Below, piece by piece: positions 8,959 through 20,629 of a stretch of 64,000 bases of DNA. The stretch is from Hyalangium minutum. GTDB taxonomy: Bacteria > Myxococcota > Myxococcia > Myxococcales > Myxococcaceae. The notes beneath the pieces are model-generated. The model worked only from the letters and a program-made list of their open reading frames with translations, was not told the origin of the DNA and did no database searches. Positions within the stretch are counted from its first letter, which is position 1. Each line of letters starts with the position of its first letter. The stretch lies in assembly GCF_000737315.1 (NCBI RefSeq), contig NZ_JMCB01000013.1, positions 414,919 through 478,918 on the forward strand. Direction: 5' to 3'. The translations under genes were made by a program, and so were the position numbers.

Positions 8959-10134
8959 ATGGCCTCCGCTCAAGTAGCCCGTCGTGTGTTCATCGGGCTC
9001 ATCCTCCTGTCCATCGCCCTGGTGTTGCTGATTATCTCGCCTTTCTTCGAGGCGTTCTTCCTGGCAGCGGTGCTGGCCGGAGCGTTTCACGGGCTGCAGA
9101 AGCGGCTGACGCGGCGGCTGCGAGGGCGAAGCGGACTGTCGGCGGGACTCATCTGCGTGGGCTTCGTCCTGGCGCTGCTGGTGCCGCTGGCCGCGCTGAC
9201 GACCTTCCTGGTGTCTCAGATCCTCGAAGGGGTGAACTTCATCAACAACCTGGTGCAGCAGCGGGGGTTGGCGGGGCTGCTGACGTACGTCCCTGGCCCC
9301 TTCAAGGACTCCGCGGCGCGGATGCTCGAGAGCTTCCAGTCAAACAGCGCGGGGATGTGGGCGACGCTGCAGGCGCATCTGAGCTCCCGCGGAGCGGTGG
9401 CGGCGCAGACGGTGGGCGGACTGGTGGCGGCGACGGGCTCGCTGATCTTCCAGACGGTGATGATGCTCATCGCGCTCTACTTCCTGCTGGTCGACGGCAG
9501 CCGGCTCGTGGAGTGGATGGAGAGCGTGTCGCCGCTTAAGCGAGGCCAGACAACGGAGCTGCTGTTGGAGTTCCGCAGCGTCACGCGCTCGGTGCTGGTG
9601 TCTACCTTGGCCACGGCGGGCGTGCAGGCGGTGGCGGCGCTGGCGGGCTACCTCATCACCGGGGTGCCTGTGCCCATCTTCTTCGCGGCGGTCACGTTCT
9701 TCTTCGCGCTCATTCCGGCGGTGGGAGCCGCGACGGTGTGCGTGGCCGCAGCGCTGCTGTTGCTGGCCACGGGCCATCCGGTGGGGGCCGTCTTCCTGGC
9801 GGCCTGGGGCATCATCGTGGTGGGCCTCTCGGACAACGTCATCAAGCCGCTGCTCGTGAGGCGCGGCCTGCATATGCACGGCGCCCTCATCTTCTTCGCG
9901 CTGCTGGGAGGCCTGGCGGTCTTCGGTCCGATCGGCCTGCTGCTGGGGCCGCTCTGTGTGGCCTTCTTCCTGTCCGTGCTGCGCATCTACGAGCGCGATT
10001 TCGGGCGGCCCTCGCCCCGTCCGGGGGATCCGGCGACTCCGCCGCTGAACCCGCCCACGGTGGGGGAGGGCGAGGAGTGGGAGCCCTCGGGGCTCCACCT
10101 GGATGAGGACTCGCGGGATCGGCACCCCCACTGA
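8959..10134 (+). CDS. AI-2E family (PerM/YhhT-like) transporter
   Basis: Multiple TM segments. Motifs SDNVIKPLL and [10 protein letters not shown]. Confidence 0.9.
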   Translation: MASAQVARRVFIGLILLSIALVLLIISPFFEAFFLAAVLAGAFHGLQKRLTRRLRGRSGLSAGLICVGFVLALLVPLAALTTFLVSQILEGVNFINNLVQQRGLAGLLTYVPGPFKDSAARMLESFQSNSAGMWATLQAHLSSRGAVAAQTVGGLVAATGSLIFQTVMMLIALYFLLVDGSRLVEWMESVSPLKRGQTTELLLEFRSVTRSVLVSTLATAGVQAVAALAGYLITGVPVPIFFAAVTFFFALIPAVGAATVCVAAALLLLATGHPVGAVFLAAWGIIVVGLSDNVIKPLLVRRGLHMHGALIFFALLGGLAVFGPIGLLLGPLCVAFFLSVLRIYERDFGRPSPRPGDPATPPLNPPTVGEGEEWEPSGLHLDEDSRDRHPH

Positions 10135-10157
10135 GCTCAGGGCCGAGGTGAAAAGCG

Positions 10158-10196
10158 GAAGGGCCTCCGAGTTCACGGCACTCGGAGGCTTTTTCC
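10158..10196 (+). terminator. Rho-independent terminator after the AI-2E gene
   Basis: GCCTCCGAGT (10163-10172), 7-nt loop, ACTCGGAGGC (10180-10189), then TTTTT. Confidence 0.8.
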
Positions 10197-10216
10197 GTTA
10201 ACGTTGTTTTCGAGCC

Positions 10217-10975
10217 ATGAGTCACTCGCTGCCTGTCACCAAGCCCTCACAGACCCCTGCAGTGCTGTTCGACCGCGGCTATGCCGTCCTGAGCCGAGAG
10301 GGGCTGTGCGAGCTGGTGGGCGCCCCGGCTGCCGAGCTCGATGCCCTGAAGCCGACCTGGAACGAGCTGCCACCGGACACGTACCTGCGGGACGGCGGTC
10401 ACTACCGCTCGCGCCGGCACTCGTGCTTCATCGTCGAGGGCGAGAAGGTGACCCAGGTGCCGCACCGGGCGCACTGGCAGCCAGTGGAATACAACGCGCT
10501 GCACGGAGGTCTGGAGCGCTGGTTCGAGCCGATGACGCCGGCCGTGATCGGTCAGCCGGTCTGGCCGCAGCTGCTGCGAGGGCTCGCCGCGTGCTGCTCC
10601 ACGTTGAAGGGGGCTCAGCCCTGGTACGTCGAGGCACACCAGTTCCGCATCGACACGACGGACGGGATTGGCCGGCCGACGCCGGAGGGGGCCCATCGCG
10701 ATGGCGTGGACTTCGTGGCGGTGCTGCTCGTCGGGCGAGAGGGCATCAAGGGCGGTGAGACGCGGGTATTCGAGGCCAACGGTCCTCACGGTATCCGCTT
10801 CACGCTGACCGAGGCCTGGTCCGCGTTGCTGCTCGATGACGAGCGGGTGATCCACGAGAGCACGCCGATCCAGCCGCTGGCCGAGCTGGGACACCGGGAC
10901 ACGCTGGTGCTGACGTTCCGCGCGAAGGGATTCCAGGGGCCTGCCCATCCTTCGCCGGAGCCGCCGCATCGATGA
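10217..10975 (+). CDS. 2-oxoglutarate/Fe(II) dioxygenase family protein
   Basis: HRDG (HxD) motif, distal His in IHESTP, and RDTLVLTF. Confidence 0.85.
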   Translation: MSHSLPVTKPSQTPAVLFDRGYAVLSREGLCELVGAPAAELDALKPTWNELPPDTYLRDGGHYRSRRHSCFIVEGEKVTQVPHRAHWQPVEYNALHGGLERWFEPMTPAVIGQPVWPQLLRGLAACCSTLKGAQPWYVEAHQFRIDTTDGIGRPTPEGAHRDGVDFVAVLLVGREGIKGGETRVFEANGPHGIRFTLTEAWSALLLDDERVIHESTPIQPLAELGHRDTLVLTFRAKGFQGPAHPSPEPPHR

Positions 10976-10984
10976 CTGCTGAAA

Positions 10985-11019
10985 AGGAAGAGGCCCCGAG
11001 AGCTGTGGCTCCCGGGGCC
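10985..11019 (-). terminator. Hairpin terminator between the convergent dioxygenase and fusA paralog
   Basis: GGCCCCGAGAGC-TGTG-GCTCCCGGGGCC (one mismatch), with a U-rich tail on the minus strand. Confidence 0.6.
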
Positions 11020-11027
11020 CGGTCTTC

Positions 11028-13133
<2,106 letters not shown>

Positions 13134-13376
13134 AAAGGTTTCCCGATCCCGCCGGGTAGAGCCACCCGCGGGTCCAAAGACAGACACTGGTTGATAAGGA
13201 ATGGCGCCGCGGACAGACGGGTGCGCACACGGGGGGCCAGAGAGCGGCCCTCAGCAGGGCGCACTCAGGTCAGCGCGAGGACACACGAAGTCCGAGACCG
13301 ATCAGAGGCGGAACCGAGCCCGCTCGGCGCACGGGAACCAGCCAACCCGCGAGCCAGGGGACACCGGTCCGCCTGA

Positions 13377-13481
13377 TCAAATGTCGAGCAGCACCTTGTT
13401 GCGGGAGCCGAGACGCACGTCAGCCATCGGCGCGAGCACGCGCACGGACGGCACACCCAGGATGGTGGAGACGGGCCTCAT
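13377..13481 (-). CDS. Candidate 34-aa leader peptide upstream of the EF-G paralog (absent from the ORF track)
   Basis: MRPVSTILGVPSVRVLAPMADVRLGSRNKVLLDI*. 29 of the 33 non-start codons end in G/C. It begins 9 nt after a -10 box. Confidence 0.55.
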   Translation of the reverse strand: MRPVSTILGVPSVRVLAPMADVRLGSRNKVLLDI

Positions 13482-13490
13482 GACCCAGTC

Positions 13491-13518
13491 ATATTAAACA
13501 CGCGTCTGTATTTGTCAA
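13491..13518 (-). promoter_or_regulatory. Sigma70-type promoter for the leader/fusA transcript
   Basis: Minus strand TTGACA (13518-13513), 16-nt spacer, TAATAT (13496-13491). The -35 overlaps the bestrophin stop codon. Confidence 0.65.
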
Positions 13519-14399
13519 TCGGGCCTGGCGGTCTCGGAAGGCAGCAGCGCCAGGAGGTTGGCCTGGATGACGCCACAGATGCGATCGAGCGGCAGATCGT
13601 TCTCGTCGGTGCCGAAGGGATCCTCGATCTCCACGCCGATCTCCTCGATGCCGAAGAAGACATAGGAGAGGAAGAAGGTGGCCACCACCGCGCCCCAGCC
13701 GAAGCTCTCCACCAGCGCGAACGGCAGCGAGCCGCAGTAGATGACGAGCGCGCGGCGCAGGTGCACCATGTATGCGAAGGGCATGGGCGTCTTGTGGATG
13801 CGCTCGCACCCGCCCAGGTAGTCGATGAGTTGCTGGACGTTCTGATCCAGCGCCATCTGCGTGTACTCGTTGTAGTGGCCCCGGCGGCGGCCTTCGGAAA
13901 GGGCCTCGCTCATCCGTTGGGACACCGCGAGCGCAACGTGTTGGGCAGTGCCCGCCTGCCGCACCTCCTCTGGTGGGAGCTGGGCGGTGACCGGGCCGAG
14001 GTCCTTGTCACCTCGCAGCCCCGAGGCCGCGGCATAGGGGAACACCACGGTCCACTGCACGAGCGTCCGGTAGAGCGCCGGGTCTCGCTCGCGGAGGAAG
14101 ACGCTCGAGGCGCGCGCCAGGTTACGCGTCTCGTTGACGATGCCGCCCCAGAGCTTCCGGCCCTCCCAGAAGCGGTCATAGGAGGAGTTGGTCCGGAACA
14201 CCAGCAGCAGGCCGAGCGCCACGCCCACCAGGCCATGCATGATGTTGGGGATGCCGATAGGCTGGACGTGGTGGTGGAAGGCCACGACCCCTGTCGCCCA
14301 CAGGGTGACGACAAGCAGCCGTCCGACGATTTCGCGGACCATCGACCCCTTCAGGTCGAAGAAGTGATGTCCCCACTGATGCGGATCGTAGTCAATCAT
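13515..14399 (-). CDS. Bestrophin family (YneE-like) ion channel
   Basis: FRTNSSYDRFWEGR and IEEIGVEIEDPFG motifs. Confidence 0.92.
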   Translation of the reverse strand: MIDYDPHQWGHHFFDLKGSMVREIVGRLLVVTLWATGVVAFHHHVQPIGIPNIMHGLVGVALGLLLVFRTNSSYDRFWEGRKLWGGIVNETRNLARASSVFLRERDPALYRTLVQWTVVFPYAAASGLRGDKDLGPVTAQLPPEEVRQAGTAQHVALAVSQRMSEALSEGRRRGHYNEYTQMALDQNVQQLIDYLGGCERIHKTPMPFAYMVHLRRALVIYCGSLPFALVESFGWGAVVATFFLSYVFFGIEEIGVEIEDPFGTDENDLPLDRICGVIQANLLALLPSETARPD

Positions 14400-14451
14400 C
14401 GCAGCAGGCCTTCTGGATCAGCCCGGGCCTCTGCGCAACGGACTTCTGCAA

Positions 14452-15836
14452 CTACGTTACGCGTTCAATTCGGAGCTTGCGTCCCTTGACGCGGCCCTCG
14501 CGAAGCCGCTGGAGCGCCATGCGCGCGGTGCGCTTGGAGACGGCCACGTAGGACAGGCGATCCTGGATCTCGATCTTGCCGACCTCGGAGGCGTTCAGCC
14601 CTCCGGCCTCTCCTGTCAGCGCGCCGAGGATGTCCCCCGGCCTCATCTTGTCCTTGCGCCCAGAGAAGATCAGGAGCGTCTCCCAGGCTGCTTCGAGTGA
14701 GGCTCCTCGGCCAGGCCCCTCCGGCGGCAGGTCCTCCAGGCCTCCGGGAGTCAGCTTCACACCGGTGGCTTGCTCGATGGCCTCGACCTTGCGCTCGTCT
14801 CGGGAAGTGACGAGGGAGATGGCAAGGCCCGTTCTCCCCGCCCGCCCGGTGCGGCCGATGCGGTGGACATAGGGCTCGGGCTGGAAGGGGAGATCGAAGT
14901 TGATGACCGCATCCAAGGCCTCGACGTCAATGCCGCGACCCGCGACATCCGTGGCGATGAGGATCCGGGTGCTGTGATTGCGGAACGTCGCCATGACCCG
15001 GTCTCGCTCGCTCTGCTCCAGGTCTCCCTGGAGCCCGTCCACGCTCACGCCAGACTCGCGGAGGACCTGCGTCAGCTCGACGACCGTCGCCTTGTGGTTG
15101 CAGAAGACGATACCGGAGGCCGGCTGGTACTTCCGCAGGATGCGCAGCAGGAGCGCTGGCTTCTCGTGGGGCTCGCACGTGTACCGGAGTTGCTGGATGT
15201 CGGGAGGCGCGGTGGCCTCCGCGACCGTCACGCGCGTGGGTTTCTTCTGGAAGGTGCGGCTCAGCGCCTCGATTTCCGGGGGAAACGTGGCAGAGAAGAG
15301 CACGGTCTGCCGCGCCGCAGGGGTAGCCCCGAGGATGCGCTCGATGTCCTCCCGGAAGCCCATGTCGAGCATCCGGTCGGCTTCATCGAGCACCACGGTG
15401 GCGAGCTGGCGTGTCTCGAGCGCCTCCCGGTCGAGGATGTCCAGGACGCGGCCCGGGGTGCCCACCGCGATGTGGGCCCCCTTCTCGAGCGCGTCCAGCT
15501 GCGGCCGGATGGGCTGGCCTCCCGCGAGAATGAGCACCTGGAGCCCGTGCAATCTCCGGCCGAGCCGGCGGATCTCTCCGGCCACTTGTGCGCAGAGCTC
15601 CCGAGTCGGGCAGAGCACGAGCGCGTGGACTCGCCGCTGCTGGAGCTGAACCTTCTGCAGGATCGGAAGGGCGAAGGCCGCCGTCTTCCCGCTGCCCGTC
15701 TGGGCTTGGCCGATGAGGTCACGCCCCTGGAGCAACACCGGAATGCTCTGGGCCTGGATGGGCGTGACGGCTTGGAACTCCAGCTCTTCGAGAACCTGAA
15801 GCAGCGGAGGGGAGAGTGAGAGTTCAGCGAAGGTCA

Positions 15837-15837
<1 letters not shown>
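14452..15837 (-). CDS. dbpA: ATP-dependent 23S rRNA helicase DbpA
   Basis: Q motif, GSGKT, PTRELC, DEAD, SAT and HRIGRTGR, plus the C-terminal GRKDKMRPGDILGAL RNA-binding domain. Confidence 0.93.
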
Positions 15838-16880
<1,043 letters not shown>

Positions 16881-17026
16881 CACCGATATATAAGGACGTT
16901 CCCTCGGCGAGACCAACGTTCTGATGGTGGGCTGCATGCTCCTGTTCCGTTGACCGGTCGTCATCTGCCCGCCCGCCCCCTTGTTCGGCAACCGCGGGAG
17001 GGCCTCCCTGCTAAGGTGGCAGAAAC

Positions 17027-17608
17027 ATGGGCGTTCACGACTACCGATGCAGTGTGTGCGGTACCCCGGGCACCTATCACTGCGGTGAGAAGTCGGGCAC
17101 CGAGTGCGAGCAGGAGGGGATCGGCGAGGATCAGGCCGTGCTGGACCTGTTCTTCTTCTCTGAGGAGGACGCGCCCGAGGAGGCCTCGGAGTTCGAGGAA
17201 GCCCGCTCCCGCGCCCTCCGCGTCGAGACCCGGCCCTTTGGCTACGACTGGGGAGATTGGGAGTTTGTGCCCAGCCTCAACTACCGGGAACTCCTCATGG
17301 ACGATGACGATGCCACCGGCATCTGGGCCATTCGTCCGTTCGATGAGGACGTGAGCGATGGCACCCCCGTCGCCATCGAGATCGATCCCCAGGAGCGGGT
17401 ATGGGTCGTGAACTACTGTCCTCCCTGCCACGCGTTGTTCGCGGAGCGAAAAACCCCCCAGGACGAACCCTGCCTCGAGTATCTGCGCACCATCGCCGAG
17501 CAGCTCGAGATGGAGTTTGATGACTCGCGCGGGAGCGCGGGAAAGGCGCCGTTCATCGCGGCTGTTCGTGAACGCGTCGCCCGCCGTCGCCCGTCTGCCA
17601 CCAAGTGA
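17027..17608 (+). CDS. Hypothetical acidic protein with CxxC metal-binding motifs
   Basis: CSVC...HC...C at the N-terminus, CPPCH near the C-terminus, very Asp/Glu rich, good GC3. Confidence 0.75.
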   Translation: MGVHDYRCSVCGTPGTYHCGEKSGTECEQEGIGEDQAVLDLFFFSEEDAPEEASEFEEARSRALRVETRPFGYDWGDWEFVPSLNYRELLMDDDDATGIWAIRPFDEDVSDGTPVAIEIDPQERVWVVNYCPPCHALFAERKTPQDEPCLEYLRTIAEQLEMEFDDSRGSAGKAPFIAAVRERVARRRPSATK

Positions 17609-17617
17609 TGACTCCTC

Positions 17618-20449
17618 GTGCGTACACCGACTGATCGCTACCTTCCTCCCGATCACGAAGCCTTCATCTCCGCTGAGCCGCCGACAGGCCGGGTCATCGT
17701 CATCGCCCCCACGAGGGCCGCGTGCGAGACCATCGAGCTGGCCATTGGGCTCCGGCTGGAGACCTACCTCGAAAAGCACCATGGCGCGCGGGTGCGCGAG
17801 CTGGCGCGCTTAGGGAAGGGCTTTGGCATCGTGGCCGGCACCGGCACGGGCAAGACGCTCGCCATCCGTCCCATCGCCGAGGAGATTGTCGGCCGGGGAG
17901 CGCCCATCCCACTGCGGGTCGGCGTGGTGAATCGCGAGCGCGAGGCGACTCCCGAGACGCCCACCTGGAACGTCATCATCGTGACGACCGGCATCGCGCG
18001 GCGCTGGTTCCAGAACGGCGACATCCTGCCGCATGACACCCTCATCATCGACGAGATCCACCAGACCTCGGCGGAGCTGGAGCTCTGTCTCGCGCTCGGC
18101 AAGCGCGTGGGGTGCCGCTTCATCTGGCTCTCGGCCACCGTCGATCCCTCGCTCTATGCCCGCTATCTGAACAGCGCCGAAGTGCTCGAGGTCCAGGCCT
18201 TCGATCCGAAGAAAGTGGCCCGGGTCATGGTCGAGCACAAAGAGCCGCTCGCGTTCCTGGATGAGAAGTTCCTCCGCTCGGTGGAGCGGGAGGAGCGTGG
18301 CGTGGGCGTCTTCCTTCCCACCCGGGCCGCGGTGGAGCAGGCCGCCGCGCAGGTCCGCGACCACTGGCCGGGCATCCACGCCGCCTACTACCACGGCGGC
18401 GAGCCCATCCGCGCCATCCGGCCCTTCCTCGAAGGCACGGAAGAGCGGCCCTACCTGCTCGCCATGACCGCCGCTGGGCAGAGCGCGCTCAATGTGCAGG
18501 GGCTCGATACGGTGGTCATTGATGACACGCGCTTCGCCAACATCGTCGAGCGCGGCCGCAACGTGCTCACGCGCGTCCACCTCGGGAGCAATGAGATCCT
18601 CCAGATGGCCGGACGCGTGCACGGGCGCGTGGAGGGAGGCCGCGTCTTCATCCTGAGCGATCGTCACATCCACTTCGCTTCGCTCCGTCCCACGGTGCCC
18701 GAGTTCCAGCTCGCGGGGGACTCGGAGCGCGTGGCGCTCACCGCGGCGGCCCTGGGTGTGCGGGCGGATGAGCTGGACCTGCCCGTGTCGCTCGATCGCA
18801 TCGCCTACCGGCGTGCGCTGCAGAAACTGCAGGCTCGCGGCATCGTCGACGCTCAGGGGAAGCTCTCGGATTATGGCCGCGCGGTCGAGGCGCTCCCGGT
18901 GGAGCGGACGTGGGCGGAGCTGATCGTCAACGGCGAGGATGGACTGATGCCCTTCCTGGCCGTGTGCAGCTCCATCGAATCGCTCCACCGCATGACGCGC
19001 GAGGAGCGCGACCTGGATGGGGTGCTGGTCCCCGGCAGCGATCACCTCACCGCCTACAACCTCTACGCCGAGGCCTACCGAGAGGCGGGCTACGTGGGCG
19101 AGGTCTACGGCCTCCCGCGCCACCTGTTCCACGCGGAGAAGATGGAGCGCTGGGCCGAGCGGCGCGGTGTGCTGGTGAAGGCCGTGGAGGATGCGGCGCT
19201 GGCGATGGCGAGCATCTACCGGAGCGTGGGGATCGATCTGCCTTCGCGCATGCCCTTCGCGGGCGAGCGGGTGTACCTACGCTTCGTCGATCTGCTTGCG
19301 CGCTTCATGCCCTTCGATCTCGTCATCGATGAGGAGACGTCGTGGAGAGAAGAGGCGCGCGTCTCGAAGACGAGCGTGTGCGGCAGCCACGGCGCGATTG
19401 CGGGGGCGCTCCGCTTCTTCGCGGACCGCCACGGTTCTACGCATGCGGCCATCGAGGGCACGCAGATCCCCATGGAGGTGCTGTGGAAGTACGCGCACCG
19501 CAGTGAGCCGGAGCTCGCGTATGACCCTCGGCGCTGGGCGCTCGTGCGCGAGTGGCGAGTGGAGCACTCGGGTTTCGAGCTGGAGCATGAAGTCCAGGTG
19601 CTCCGTGCGTGGGAGCCCGAAATGGGGGCGCGGGCCCGGCACGTGCTCGCCCAGGCGGTGGCGCGCGGGGAGTCCAAGCATCCCGCCGTGCGCCGCAACC
19701 AGCGTGCCATCGGTGAGGTTCGCGAGCTGTGGCTTCGCTCGGGCGGACGCACGGCGAAGCTGGGAGAGCATGAGCTGACGGCGCTCTATGAAGCTCAGCT
19801 CGAAGGGGTGACCACGATGGACGAGTTCCAGGCGCGCCCGCTGGAACTTGAGCTGGACACGCTGGTGCCTCCCGAGACCCGGGAGAAGCTCCTCTCGCTG
19901 CCGAGCGTCGTCCTCGTTCGCGATCGCGAGGTCGAGCTGGCGTACGAGGTGGAGCAGGACGAGGCGAGGAATCCCTTTGGGGTGGTGCGGCTCGTGCTGC
20001 CGGAGAAGCTCGCGCGCTCGCTCGTGGAGGAAGAGCTGCCAGTGCTCGACCGGCCCTTGCGCTTCATGGTGAACCGGGGCCGGCGCGGCAACCTGCGCGC
20101 GAACACGCTGCTTGAGCTGCAAGAGCTGCTCGACATGCCCTGGATGCCCGAGGAGGTGGAGGCGGCCCAGGATGACCGCCGCAGAGGCGGAGGCGGCCGT
20201 CCGGAGATGAGGCCTGGGCGGGAGTCCCGTGAGGTGGGGCTCTCGCCTCGGCAGCCAGGGCGGCACGGTCCAGGAAAGTCCAGAGACGAGGGTGAGCGGC
20301 GGGAGGGACGCCGGTCTGGAGGAGGCGGGAGCCGGCCAGGCGGGGGTAGACGCGGCGCGGCAGGAGGAGGCCGGGGACGGGGCGGCCCATCGGAGCGAGG
20401 CGGACGCGGAGGGAAAGGACGAGGAGGAACGCGGCGCCCAAAGCGCTGA
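17618..20449 (+). CDS. SF2 DExH-box helicase (HrpA/HrpB-like) with a Gly/Arg-rich C-terminal tail
   Basis: GTGTGKT, DEIH, SAT and QMAGRVHGR motifs; HA2-like region; RGG-rich final ~85 aa. Confidence 0.88.
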   Translation: MRTPTDRYLPPDHEAFISAEPPTGRVIVIAPTRAACETIELAIGLRLETYLEKHHGARVRELARLGKGFGIVAGTGTGKTLAIRPIAEEIVGRGAPIPLRVGVVNREREATPETPTWNVIIVTTGIARRWFQNGDILPHDTLIIDEIHQTSAELELCLALGKRVGCRFIWLSATVDPSLYARYLNSAEVLEVQAFDPKKVARVMVEHKEPLAFLDEKFLRSVEREERGVGVFLPTRAAVEQAAAQVRDHWPGIHAAYYHGGEPIRAIRPFLEGTEERPYLLAMTAAGQSALNVQGLDTVVIDDTRFANIVERGRNVLTRVHLGSNEILQMAGRVHGRVEGGRVFILSDRHIHFASLRPTVPEFQLAGDSERVALTAAALGVRADELDLPVSLDRIAYRRALQKLQARGIVDAQGKLSDYGRAVEALPVERTWAELIVNGEDGLMPFLAVCSSIESLHRMTREERDLDGVLVPGSDHLTAYNLYAEAYREAGYVGEVYGLPRHLFHAEKMERWAERRGVLVKAVEDAALAMASIYRSVGIDLPSRMPFAGERVYLRFVDLLARFMPFDLVIDEETSWREEARVSKTSVCGSHGAIAGALRFFADRHGSTHAAIEGTQIPMEVLWKYAHRSEPELAYDPRRWALVREWRVEHSGFELEHEVQVLRAWEPEMGARARHVLAQAVARGESKHPAVRRNQRAIGEVRELWLRSGGRTAKLGEHELTALYEAQLEGVTTMDEFQARPLELELDTLVPPETREKLLSLPSVVLVRDREVELAYEVEQDEARNPFGVVRLVLPEKLARSLVEEELPVLDRPLRFMVNRGRRGNLRANTLLELQELLDMPWMPEEVEAAQDDRRRGGGGRPEMRPGRESREVGLSPRQPGRHGPGKSRDEGERREGRRSGGGGSRPGGGRRGAAGGGRGRGGPSERGGRGGKGRGGTRRPKR

Positions 20450-20629
20450 GGGTGCTTTCCACAATCCCGGCAGTGTCGCGTTGAAGCCGCCCCATGGCCT
20501 CCCTGTGTCGTGAAGGCGACGGCCAGGGCCCCCCCGTGGCTCGTTCTGTCCGGTAGCGCCGCCGCCTGTGGTGTACAGGCTCGCCATCGCTGCCGTTGGA
20601 CAGCAACTCACCTCGGGAGAGGAAGGGAC

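Noticed and set aside
20450-20629. Cra/FruR operator upstream of the fru operon
   Set aside because: No TGAAWC-GNTTCA-like palindrome found by eye.
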